A DNA stretch of 58,284 bases from an uncultured delta proteobacterium (GTDB lineage Bacteria > Desulfobacterota > Desulfuromonadia > Geobacterales > Pseudopelobacteraceae): the NCBI GenBank assembly GCA_963772835.1, contig CAVYYZ010000023.1, positions 1-58,284 of the forward strand. The letters run 5' to 3'. Position 1 is the first letter of the stretch; every line of letters starts with the position of its first letter. Below the pieces are notes generated by a model, which was not told where the DNA came from, searched no databases, and worked only from the letters and a program-made list of their open reading frames with translations. The translations under genes and the position numbers were made by a program. Below, in pieces: positions 1 to 9,078 of this stretch.

Positions 1-25
1 GTCGGTCCTCCGGCCATCGGCTCGA

Positions 26-85
26 TGGACGACTATATCGTCCACATGGATGAGTAAGTCGTCCAACTGGATGGTGTCTTGTCCA
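26..85. repeat. Three tandem palindromic operator-like boxes, TGGAYGA-N5-TCGTCCA, with a 21-nt period
   Basis: 26-44 TGGACGA-CTATA-TCGTCCA (perfect); 47-65 TGGATGA-GTAAG-TCGTCCA; 68-85 TGGATGG-TGTC-TTGTCCA. Confidence 0.7.
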
Positions 86-152
86 GCCCTTGGGGCTGCG
101 CAACGACCGCGTCGAGCGATCCCGGGCGGGTGCGCGCCGTCCTCGGCCGAGG

Positions 153-340
153 TCAGGCGGGTGAGGTGACCGGTTGGCGCAGGATCGTGCGCAGTTTGGC
201 GGGCTCGGTGCGGCGGGGGTCGGACAGGTAGATCTTGTGGTGGTGGTCGTTGAAGCTCAGGCCGTGCTCGGGCAGGTACTCGTCGTGCAGGCGGGCCAAC
301 ACCCGTGCTTCGGATTCGAAGGAGCCGAGGTGCAGGATCT
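153..340 (-). pseudogene. GyrI-like small-molecule-binding domain protein, C-terminal fragment
   Basis: QILHLGSFESEARVLARLHDEYLPEHGLSFNDHHHKIYLSDPRRTEPAKLRTILRQPV matches the GyrI-like C-terminus (HHEIYLSDPRRxxPEKLxTIxRQP). The N-terminal part is absent. Confidence 0.75.
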
Positions 341-581
341 GCGTAGCTGCGGCCCTCGGCGTAGGACGCGGAGCGGACGCGGTCCAGCGCCGCGAGCCCC
401 CCGGGCCTGTGCCTCGGGGACCGAGCAGTCCCTGACCCCTCCGCCAGGTGATGGTCGATCGCAACGCTCAGGGTGTGCTCGCGGTGGTGGTCGTGGTCGC
501 GGTCGTATCACCGCCCGCTGCCACCCCTCCTTATCGGGTGAGGTTCACCGAAACACTCGGTGTTCGTCGATCGAAGGAACC

Positions 582-1747
582 ATCGAGCAGCGCTACGTCG
601 GGCTGAGGAGTCGCCAGCCTGCGACCCGCAGGACCGGTGGAGGCCCACGGGCCCTCCCCTCCGAGGAGAGCGCCGAATTCGAGGGCGTCGACATCGCCTC
701 GCCGGTGCTGACCGATGCCGGCGGGCCGACGTCGCCCGTGACCCGCAGGTGACGGCCGTGGCCGCCGCCATGCCGCTCGCGCTCGTCGAACCGGTGGAGA
801 GCGTCGACGCCCGACCGGCGGCCGGGCCACCTGGGGGCTGGAGGCGATCGGGGCGACGGCCTCGCGTTCGACGGATCGGGTCTGCGGGTCGCCGTGCTCG
901 ACACCGGGATCGACCTCGCCCACCGGCCTTCGCCGGCATGGGCAATCGGTCACCCGCCGCACTTCACCGACGGGTCCGAGGACAACGTCCACGGTCACGG
1001 AACCCATTGTGCGGGAACCGTCTCGGCCAGGACGTCGACGGCACGCGGATCGGTGTCGCCCAGGGCATCGAGCGCGCGCTGATCGGGAAGGTGCTCCGAG
1101 AAGGTGGCGGGACGTCGGCCACCATCGTCGAGGCCATCCAATGGGCGCTCGCCGAGGGGGCCAACGTCGTCTCGATGTCGCTGGGATCGACTTCCCGGGC
1201 TACGTCGGACTATCTCGTGCGGGTCAGGGTCAACGTCCGGCCCGCCACCTCGCTCGCGCTCGCCGAGTACCGCCTGAACATCAACCTGTTCGACGCCGTG
1301 GCCGACCTGGTGCGGGCCCAGGGCCGTTTCGGCCGGGGGGCATCGTGGTCGCCGCCTCGGCAACGAGAGCGAGCGCCGACTTCACCATCGCCGTCGCGCC
1401 GCCCGCGCCGAGGACGGCATCGTGTCAGTGGGGGCGATCGCGCAGGGCGCAGCGGGGTTCACCGTCGCCGACTTCTCCAACACGGAGGTCGACGTGAGCG
1501 CACCGGGGTCGTCGTGATCTCGGCCAGGGCAGGCGGGGCCTCGTGGCCAGGAGCAGTACCAGCATGGCCACCCCTCACGTCGCGGGCACAGCGCTGCTGT
1601 GGGCCGAGCGGATGCTCGCCGCGTCCGGGACGGTCGATGCCGGTGCCCTGCTGGCCCAGGTGGTCGCCCGGCCGACCCGTCGGGCTGCGCCGACGGCTTC
1701 ACCACCGATGACTTCGGCACCCGGTTGTCCAGGCGCCGACGTCCTGA
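582..1747 (+). pseudogene. S8 (subtilisin-family) serine protease, multiply frameshifted
   Basis: Catalytic motifs are spread over three frames: VAVLDTGID (about 890), HGHGTHCAGT (about 990), VSMSLG, IVVAA, FSN and TSMATPHVAG (about 1560). Ends with VQAPTS-TGA at 1745-1747. Start is approximate. Confidence 0.85.
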
Positions 1748-1934
1748 CCACCGGTGGCGAGCCCGGGGGCCTCGGACCGCTACTGACCCGAGGTGCTCCA
1801 CCTGCCCGGTCCGACGGCCACGGCGTCGAGGTCAAGGCACCGTTCGGCATCGCGCCAGCCTCGGACGAGGTCAGGCGGGCGCGCACGTGGCCGACGATCG
1901 GCCCACTCGCGCGTCAACTAACTTTCGCGAGGCA

Positions 1935-2404
1935 CTATCTGGCGATTCTGCTGATTAGGCGGAACATGAGATTGGGGTTCTCATCACTCTCTCCGAGGTG
2001 GATACCACTCCAAGTAAGAACGGGCTCGTCGACGCCGTAGACATTCCGGGCCAGGCGGCCGATCCGCTCCTCGAGGATGGCCAGTCGGCGGACGATAATC
2101 ACAATGGACAAACTGCTTCTACGTAGTAGCTGATGGCTGTCGCCGTAGCCGCGGCGTTGGATGACGCGAGGTTGTCCGGGTCTTCGTGGAAGTTGAGGCG
2201 GCGGTCCCCCGCCTGATGCCTGCCTTGCGGTAGGTGTTGGGCGTCCGCCCAGACACACCAACAAGGAAGCAGGGGACAGCAATACGTAGTCGTCGAGCAA
2301 CAGGCAACATAACATATCCGCTGTTCCTGTAACTCTTCCAGGTAGGCATCTCGTGCCTTCTTGTGGCGCGTTGTCACGCACATGAGATACTGGACTAAGT
2401 GCAT
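1935..2404 (-). CDS. Hypothetical protein, probably frameshifted (pieces in ORFs 2099..2404 and 1935..2453)
   Basis: GGAGG RBS just before ATG 2404, directly downstream of the 2435..3397 gene. No recognisable domain. Confidence 0.3.
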
Positions 2405-2434
2405 TGTTCCTCCCTTCCCAGAATCCGAAACTTT

Positions 2435-3397
2435 TCAGGTCATAAATGTGCAAAATGGTTTCGCCAACTGGAGAAACTCTCCCAGTTTGTCGCGAGTCGA
2501 AAGGTCATGACGATAATAATCAAGGATATGAAAGTTGTCTTCCAGATCATGAAGCTGCGCTTTTGATGTAATCCGCTGTATTTCCGTATAGTAGCTGACC
2601 GATGGCCGCTTTCTGCATACAAACGGCCCCTCGGTAACGTTGCAAGGAGCATAGCTGATGTAATTGTTCTTGTTGATTTCAGCGGGAAGTCTGTTCAACG
2701 AGAGTGCCGAAATGTCACCACTATTGCGTAACAAACGAAATACTTCGTCTCGGGGTGACTTCCCGAGTGGCATGGTCGAACGTTCAAAGTAGTTGTGATG
2801 CACATACAGTTCATGAAAACCGGGCTTGATGGCTATCAACTCAGCATAAAGTTGGGGCAGTGAGCCAGAATTGATCCGTTTCAGGATTGCAATGATCCGC
2901 TGCATGTCGTGATGCTCTTTCTGCCAGTTTTGCTCCTTGGCCTCAATTGTGAAACCTGCATCCTGCCAATAGGAATCATTGACCCTTCGCTGCGGAGGAT
3001 TGCCCTGGTAGATCGTTAAACCTGACAGGGTTTGAAAGGCTTTGTTGTATTTGTACTTTATGAAGTGCTGCGGATTCTCGAACTTCGACAGATAAATTGC
3101 GTTCAGATATTTGAATCGCAGGCAGTTGAAAATCCGCTCGATCTCCATTTCAGGGGTGACCAGATATTTCATTATGGTGCTCACTGTCGGGGTCTTGAGA
3201 TTGAGGTACCGCTCACCGACTCCCCGCAATGAAATATGAATCTCTCGGCAGACGTTCTGAGTGAGTTCGCTGACAAGATGATCCCCGTTTCGCTGTACCT
3301 GAATAAGCAGGCATGACAATGAATCGGGCAGAATGAATAGGCCGTCACGCTTGATAGTTGTCAACAGAAGTGGTCTGCCGACTGCAATACTGCTCAT
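2435..3397 (-). CDS. Hypothetical protein (about 320 aa)
   Basis: Long ORF; AAGGAG RBS 6 nt before ATG 3397. No recognisable family. Confidence 0.6.
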   Translation of the reverse strand: MSSIAVGRPLLLTTIKRDGLFILPDSLSCLLIQVQRNGDHLVSELTQNVCREIHISLRGVGERYLNLKTPTVSTIMKYLVTPEMEIERIFNCLRFKYLNAIYLSKFENPQHFIKYKYNKAFQTLSGLTIYQGNPPQRRVNDSYWQDAGFTIEAKEQNWQKEHHDMQRIIAILKRINSGSLPQLYAELIAIKPGFHELYVHHNYFERSTMPLGKSPRDEVFRLLRNSGDISALSLNRLPAEINKNNYISYAPCNVTEGPFVCRKRPSVSYYTEIQRITSKAQLHDLEDNFHILDYYRHDLSTRDKLGEFLQLAKPFCTFMT

Positions 3398-4064
3398 CAT
3401 CAACTCCTTTCGGGTTTTGAATACAATTCTAGTGCTGATTGAAACAAAAAAACCGAATGCGGAAGCAATTCGGTTTCGGTACTTTTTCCTGAATTTCGTC
3501 ATTTTCTAACGAATTCGACTGATTTCAGGGCTTATTGTTTTGTTTATTGTTGATTTTTATACGGTTTTTCGATGTTTGCGACGAGTTTCTGTCCTTCAGT
3601 TCTCCCATAATTAATTATAACACACTAATCTAGTTTTGTCAAATTTGTGCCATTTTTCGCTATGTTATGCCATTTAGCGATAATTACGAATTGTATGAGG
3701 GTTGATCGATATTTTTGTGATTATGTTTCCACTGAAATTAACCGCTTAGGTACTCCGTCAATAGGAACTCTTATTGGGTTCGCCGAAAGGTCTTTAGGGG
3801 TTGTCTGGGAAGTTACGTTTTCGACGATGAACATTCAAGAGATCGTATTTCCAAGCTTGTTACTCGGGGCTACCCCTTTTCGTGGAAAAATCATCTGTAA
3901 ATGCAGCTTTAAAGGGGAGCAATGCTCTCTGTTTTTAACAACCAACTAATCCAAATTCAGCGGAAGAGGCATAAATATAAAGGTTTACCCAAATACCCCG
4001 AAAAATTCAAAAGTCCTGACTCCGGTCTGATTACGTTCATGTAACACGGCTGACTCTCCGTTTT

Positions 4065-4104
4065 AGAGCATGCATGCACTGGGACAGTAGTGCATGCATG
4101 CTCT
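4065..4104. repeat. Perfect 16-bp inverted repeat with 8-nt spacer
   Basis: AGAGCATGCATGCACT-GGGACAGT-AGTGCATGCATGCTCT. Confidence 0.9.
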
Positions 4105-4325
4105 TCAGTGTAATTCAAGTAATTCGATATTATTCTGTTCGTTATGAGCAACTTTTATAAATATCCTCGCGTAATTTCCATTGAAATCATGTATATTCGC
4201 CACAATTTTTGTCCCGAGTGAAATTGAGTTACTTTCCATTTGGTGATTTAGTCAGTTATTTGCCGCATTGTCGTTATGGATATTTAGAGGATTCATTCTG
4301 ATTCAATTATTGAGGAAGATGCATC

Positions 4326-4748
4326 ATGGCACTGACAGAAACCACAATTTACCGACAACACCCGTCATGGCTCTATTTCTCTGGCCTGCTAGTGCTCTCT
4401 GCAGTAGTTTTTGTAATGATGTTGAGTGCAGAAGCAGGCGGAGGCAGTATCGTACTTCCTGGCGTGATTTTACTGATGGTCGGCTTTGGACGTTACCGGA
4501 GACTCTATACAGTCACAAGCCATCGGATCATGATGCGAACCGGACTGATCGCCAATAATACAAATGAAATGGAGATCAGGCACATCCGTGGCATAAACCT
4601 TCGCCAGGGTGTTGCTGAACGACTATTAGGAATCGGAACGTTGGAGATTATTTCTGCTGCGGATGGTGGAGCCGAAGTTGTTTTCAGCGGCGTCAGAAAT
4701 CCCGTTGCTGTTAAAGATCAGATTCGCTCTCTCAGGCCCTCACTCTGA
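4326..4748 (+). CDS. Membrane protein with bacterial PH (bPH_2) domain
   Basis: Two N-terminal TM segments, then YTVTSHRI..RTGLI..IRGINLRQGVAERLLGIGTLEI, typical of bPH_2. GAGGA RBS. Confidence 0.85.
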   Translation: MALTETTIYRQHPSWLYFSGLLVLSAVVFVMMLSAEAGGGSIVLPGVILLMVGFGRYRRLYTVTSHRIMMRTGLIANNTNEMEIRHIRGINLRQGVAERLLGIGTLEIISAADGGAEVVFSGVRNPVAVKDQIRSLRPSL

Positions 4749-4782
4749 TAAACGGGTCTTGGTAGCGTAAAAGGAATACTTC

Positions 4783-4962
4783 ATGGAAATGCTTATTCCG
4801 ATAGTGATGTTGCTGTTCGTACTCGGATTTTCAATAAGGTTCCTGCTTGGGAAGCGAATCTTTGAGCATGTGGCCGGGAAATTTGTTTATGACTTTTTGA
4901 TAGGACTTATCATGTTGCCGATTCGCATATGTGCCGGAATACTTAAAATGATGAAAATTTGA
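4783..4962 (+). CDS. Small (59 aa) two-TM membrane protein, absent from the ORF track
   Basis: AAGGA RBS. MEMLIPIVMLLFVLGFSIRFLLGKRIFEHVAGKFVYDFLIGLIMLPIRICAGILKMMKI fills the gap between two operon genes. Confidence 0.7.
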   Translation: MEMLIPIVMLLFVLGFSIRFLLGKRIFEHVAGKFVYDFLIGLIMLPIRICAGILKMMKI

Positions 4963-4977
4963 ATTGGAGCACACCGC

Positions 4978-6396
4978 ATGTGGCCATTTTCTAGCCCATT
5001 CACCGTAGACGCCTTGCTGAAGCTTATGAGATCAGCAAATGAGCCCCCTTCTGATGAAAATCTTGAAGCCCAGAAGAGCGAGCTGATTAGCCTTGCAAGG
5101 GATGCAAAGAAAGAAGTTCTAAAACAGGATTCAAGACAGACCGGGGTAATTGCACTTCCCGATGTGACACCGAGAACCGAAGAAGATCCCTATGCTGCAG
5201 ACTGGTTTGTAGTTGGAGATCTGCACAGTGATTATCAGTCTCTTTCCCGGATTTTGCTGAAAATATATCTTCGTCCAGGTATTAACGCAGACAAGGTGAG
5301 GATAATATTCCTGGGGGATTATGTTGACCGTGGTGATAGACCGATGCAGGTGCTGAGACTGCTACTTAGTCTGAAAAAAAACTGGCCAGATCATTTCTGG
5401 CTCCTGCAAGGCAATCACGAGAGCTACGAGTTACAGGATGGTGGCATCACCGTCTCAGCTGTTTCTCCCCGGGATACAATTGATGACTGGAAACCACATT
5501 TTGGAGAAGATGTTTTTAGATCGCTTACAGAACTGTTCTCTGTGCTACCGGTGGTCTTCACTCAGTCGGTTAAACGATCTACTGAAGGATTTGGAACGGG
5601 GAAAGAGAAGATTATTTACGTCCATGGCGGCATACCAAGAAAGGATTTTATTCGTTTACCACTGGAGTCGCCGGAATGCAGGGGTGGATTCATCTGGTCT
5701 GATCCTGAACTGGAAAAGGAAGACGTGATTGATGCACCGGGAAAGCGATTTTCGTTTGCCAGTAAACAGTTCCACGAATTCATGGATCATCACGGGTTTT
5801 CTCTTCTAGTGAGGGGGCATGAATGGCGCAAGGACGGATTTGATCTGCATGAAGAGGTGAAAGGAACCCCTCACCGCATGGTTACCATTTTTTCGTGCGG
5901 CGGTACATTTGATGATCCGGAAAAAAGCGATTCCCGCTACAAGTCAGAAATTCTGGTGCCGAGGTTTTTGCATATCAGGCCAAAATCCGGAAGTGACTTA
6001 CCTTTGTCTGTAGAAGAAGTATACAGGGATGACATCTTCATAACTGGTGATATGTCAGCTCAATACCTAAGCTTACGTGATCGCATAATAGCAATTCTCA
6101 AGAAACGTTTTGAAGCCTTCGATGGAATCACCTTGAATATTCGAACTGATGCCGCGATTTCTGCTTCAATAGATAAATCCAACCGGTACGATTTCCGTGA
6201 TTTATTCGCCGGCTTATCGTTCAAGCTTGATTACGGGTTAAATCAGTACCGCTGTTCAATTCTGATTTCTGATCATGAGATAGGATCGTTTATTCCGGAT
6301 GACCAAAATATAGAAACTGAAGTCGATGTAATTATCAAAGAGATCCAAACCGCTTACCCCATCTTCGGCAAATTGCCGCATGAGTACTTCAACTAA
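4978..6396 (+). CDS. PPP-family (calcineurin-like) Ser/Thr protein phosphatase with N- and C-terminal extensions
   Basis: GDLH, GDYVDRG, GNHE, HGG, WSDP, RGHE and TIFS motifs in the canonical order. Confidence 0.92.
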   Translation: MWPFSSPFTVDALLKLMRSANEPPSDENLEAQKSELISLARDAKKEVLKQDSRQTGVIALPDVTPRTEEDPYAADWFVVGDLHSDYQSLSRILLKIYLRPGINADKVRIIFLGDYVDRGDRPMQVLRLLLSLKKNWPDHFWLLQGNHESYELQDGGITVSAVSPRDTIDDWKPHFGEDVFRSLTELFSVLPVVFTQSVKRSTEGFGTGKEKIIYVHGGIPRKDFIRLPLESPECRGGFIWSDPELEKEDVIDAPGKRFSFASKQFHEFMDHHGFSLLVRGHEWRKDGFDLHEEVKGTPHRMVTIFSCGGTFDDPEKSDSRYKSEILVPRFLHIRPKSGSDLPLSVEEVYRDDIFITGDMSAQYLSLRDRIIAILKKRFEAFDGITLNIRTDAAISASIDKSNRYDFRDLFAGLSFKLDYGLNQYRCSILISDHEIGSFIPDDQNIETEVDVIIKEIQTAYPIFGKLPHEYFN

Positions 6397-6410
6397 AAAG
6401 GAGAATCACC

Positions 6411-7109
6411 ATGGCTGAGATCAAACCGCAAGCAGCAGTATCTATCAAGCAGTACGGTAAAGTGGACCTCGTCATCTGTATCGACACAACCGGTTCAATG
6501 AGCGGGGTGATCGAGGCGGTCAAGTCTAATATTGCAACTCACCTGATCGGTGGCTTAAAAGGGCAGATGGCAAAAAACCAGTCGCCGCTGGACTGGAGAG
6601 CAAAGGTAATCGGTTATGGTGACCTCAATGAAGGAGAAGCGGTTTTCGAGAGCGCATTCACCAGCGATGAAGCTGAACTGACGAAGACGGTCATGAACAT
6701 TCCCCGTACCGGCGGCGGAGACGAGCCTGAATCCACTCTGGATGCCATGTATATCGGTGCCAAAAGCCCATGGCGCACGGATGGAGCAGCACATCGCATT
6801 GTAATCCTCTTCACCGATGCTTCGGCACATCCGCAGATGCACGCCAATACAGCGCCATCCGGCCCAAGAGATGTCGATGAGGTGATCAGCCAGTTGACCG
6901 CTCAGAGAGTTAAACTATTTGTGTACGCACCGCATAACGCTACTTACGAGCGTTTACGACTGCTGCCGAAGTCTCAGGTAACCCTCTTTCCGTCGGACAA
7001 GGCTCACGAGGGACTTCAGAATCTGGTGGACTTCACCAAGGAGTTCGAGCAGATGGCCAAAACCATCAGCGGAGAGATGTTGAACACGCCGGGTCTGGCT
7101 AGCGCTTAA
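6411..7109 (+). CDS. von Willebrand factor A (vWA) domain protein
   Basis: DLVICIDTTGSM MIDAS motif, GGGDEPES, ILFTDA. AGGAG RBS. Confidence 0.92.
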   Translation: MAEIKPQAAVSIKQYGKVDLVICIDTTGSMSGVIEAVKSNIATHLIGGLKGQMAKNQSPLDWRAKVIGYGDLNEGEAVFESAFTSDEAELTKTVMNIPRTGGGDEPESTLDAMYIGAKSPWRTDGAAHRIVILFTDASAHPQMHANTAPSGPRDVDEVISQLTAQRVKLFVYAPHNATYERLRLLPKSQVTLFPSDKAHEGLQNLVDFTKEFEQMAKTISGEMLNTPGLASA

Positions 7110-7143
7110 TTCATCATTCCAACTCCAGGAGGAGTGTACCATC

Positions 7144-8154
7144 ATGCCATCATACTTTGCCGGTCAGAATGTTAACGGTTATGAAATCGTAGATTGCATC
7201 ACCTCCGGTTCTTTCGCCACTTCATACCGGGCTCGCAAGGGGGGTAAAAACTACTTCCTCAAGGAATACAGCGATCCCACCGAGGGTTCTCCGGAATTTA
7301 AAAGTTTTGTCGCTCAGCAGGACGACATCAACAAGCGGCTTTGCAGTCTAAAGCTCCGCTGTCTGGAGCGGTTGCTCGAAACGTTTGTCACCGGTTACCG
7401 CTATCATCAGATCAAGGAACTGCTTAACTGTGTGGATTTGTCAGTGTACCTGCCGACAGACCTTGATCTGGACAATCGACTCTTCATCTGTCGGATGTGG
7501 CTGGGTATTCTCAAGGAGTTATCTTCTGCAGGTATTGTCCACCAGGATCTCAAACCGGCGCAGATACTGATGGTGAAGGATGCTGGAGTGCGCTTGGGAC
7601 ACCGCATGATGTTTGCCGACTTTGACTGGGCTGTTCTTGATGGCGGTATAGTTAAACAGGTCAGCACTCCTGGATACGCAACACCAGAACATATGACCGG
7701 CGTCACCCCCACTATTGCCAGCGATCTATACCAGTCCGGTGTTGTGCTCTACGAAATCCTCACAGGTCAGCTCCCATTCTATCGCGCCGGCGAGTTCTAT
7801 GACCTGGCCGTTGCTCAGGATCGTATGGAGCGTGGTGATTTCGAACCTCCCGCTGTCGTGCAACCGGTGGTGCCGGAATGGGCAAGTTCCATCATATCGG
7901 CCATGCTGACCTGGGATGTGGCGTCACGACCTTCTGTGGAGAGTGCAATCAAGGCATGGGATACCAAATCCCCGCTTAGCGCGAAAGCGGCAACTGCGAC
8001 TGCCCCAGTTCCATCCACCAGCTTCACCTGTCCCGCCGTCAGCACCGACAGTCCCCTCGTGGATAAGACTCCGGCACGACAGTGGTGCCAGCCTTTCGTT
8101 CAAAGAAGTCGAAACGGCAGTAAGCCGACAACTCTTTCATGGTCCATTTCGTAA
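7144..8154 (+). CDS. Ser/Thr (Hanks-type) protein kinase; the true C-terminus probably continues into the FHA-like frame after a frameshift near 8010
   Basis: GSFATSY, FLKEY, HQDLKPAQIL, ADFDW, TPGYATPE, SDLYQSGVVLYEILTGQLPF and RPS motifs. Confidence 0.9.
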   Translation: MPSYFAGQNVNGYEIVDCITSGSFATSYRARKGGKNYFLKEYSDPTEGSPEFKSFVAQQDDINKRLCSLKLRCLERLLETFVTGYRYHQIKELLNCVDLSVYLPTDLDLDNRLFICRMWLGILKELSSAGIVHQDLKPAQILMVKDAGVRLGHRMMFADFDWAVLDGGIVKQVSTPGYATPEHMTGVTPTIASDLYQSGVVLYEILTGQLPFYRAGEFYDLAVAQDRMERGDFEPPAVVQPVVPEWASSIISAMLTWDVASRPSVESAIKAWDTKSPLSAKAATATAPVPSTSFTCPAVSTDSPLVDKTPARQWCQPFVQRSRNGSKPTTLSWSIS

Positions 8155-8404
8155 TGTCATCGCCGCGTCTGGACATCCCGTCGCTGCGTATTTCCCTTCT
8201 GATGACGTGACGCCTTTATTTACAGTGCGTAAGGAGGATGCTGGTTGGAAGATCGTAGGTGGCAATCATCGCAATCACGGTATTCTCAATGGGACGCCGC
8301 TTGCTGAGGCTGTGTGGGAACCGCTTAGACATGGTGATCGACTGGAGATTTACGGTCGCAACGATTCCGGTACAGTTGCTGAATTTACCTTTGAGGTGCC
8401 GTAA
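8013..8404 (+). CDS. FHA-like domain, probable C-terminal domain of the kinase (frame of ORF 7916..8404)
   Basis: Pro-rich linker, then W-x-I..N..ILNG..L.HGDRLEI pattern. Strongly similar to 8404..8829. No convincing start or RBS of its own. Confidence 0.7.
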
Positions 8405-8829
8405 TGAAACGGCCTGTTTGTCCCAGTTGCGGCAATCCGCTTACTGCCCTCAAATGTGGATTGTGCGGACACTCGTCCGTTCCGGAATGGGTCCGACTCT
8501 GGTATGGCGACCAGGTTTCGATGACTTTCAATAATGGCATTTCCGCAGTCACCAGGGATCTGTTTCATGGATTTTTCCGCAATGTAATCTCTCCGGCGGG
8601 ACACCCCGTGGCAGCATACTTTCCTTCGGATGGTACGCCGCTTTTTATCGTGACTCGAAGTGACGATGGTTGGAATGCGATAGGAACCGACTGTCATCGC
8701 AATAAAGTTATTCTGGATGGCAGTGATCTGGATTTATCACTTCGGGAAATTCGGGATGGGAGTCGTCTGGATTTATATTCCAGTAACGAGGCTGCAATTG
8801 TGGCTACGTTTGTATTCAGGTTTCCGTAA
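8404..8829 (+). CDS. Zinc-ribbon + FHA-like domain protein
   Basis: CPSC..CGLC at the N-terminus; the rest is paralogous to the upstream FHA-like domain. TAATG stop/start overlap. Confidence 0.75.
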   Translation: MKRPVCPSCGNPLTALKCGLCGHSSVPEWVRLWYGDQVSMTFNNGISAVTRDLFHGFFRNVISPAGHPVAAYFPSDGTPLFIVTRSDDGWNAIGTDCHRNKVILDGSDLDLSLREIRDGSRLDLYSSNEAAIVATFVFRFP

Positions 8830-8851
8830 ATCTGCTCTATGGAGGTTTAAA

Positions 8852-9076
8852 ATGATCTCAGTAAAGGTCTGTTATCAGGATTCAGGCAAGCCTGCAAAAG
8901 GTGTTCGGGCATGTCTCGGATTTAGTGGCTTTTTCAGTGGCATGAGCAGTGAAGAGTATACCGACAGCAACGGTGAAGCCCATTTTGATAATGATCCGGG
9001 GTCAGGAAAGGTCTATGTCAACGGCAAGGATGTCCATAATGGGCATTTGTCCGGCAAAGTCGTGGTGTATATCTGA
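8852..9076 (+). CDS. Small beta-sandwich protein (transthyretin/carboxypeptidase-regulatory-like), 74 aa
   Basis: GGAGG RBS before ATG 8852. GKPAKGV..YTDSNGEAHF pattern of prealbumin-like folds. Confidence 0.65.
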   Translation: MISVKVCYQDSGKPAKGVRACLGFSGFFSGMSSEEYTDSNGEAHFDNDPGSGKVYVNGKDVHNGHLSGKVVVYI

Positions 9077-9078
9077 AT

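Noticed and set aside
560..1711. 383-aa ORF as a real protein
   Set aside because: It is a patchwork of in-frame and out-of-frame pieces of the frameshifted S8 protease.
1912..1937. CGTCAACTAACTTTCGCGAGGCACTA as an IS630-like terminus at the GC junction
   Set aside because: Only a vague resemblance; no transposase or partner end is visible.
3647..4151. Short ORFs in the AT-rich gap
   Set aside because: No RBS or recognisable motifs; probably non-coding or decayed.
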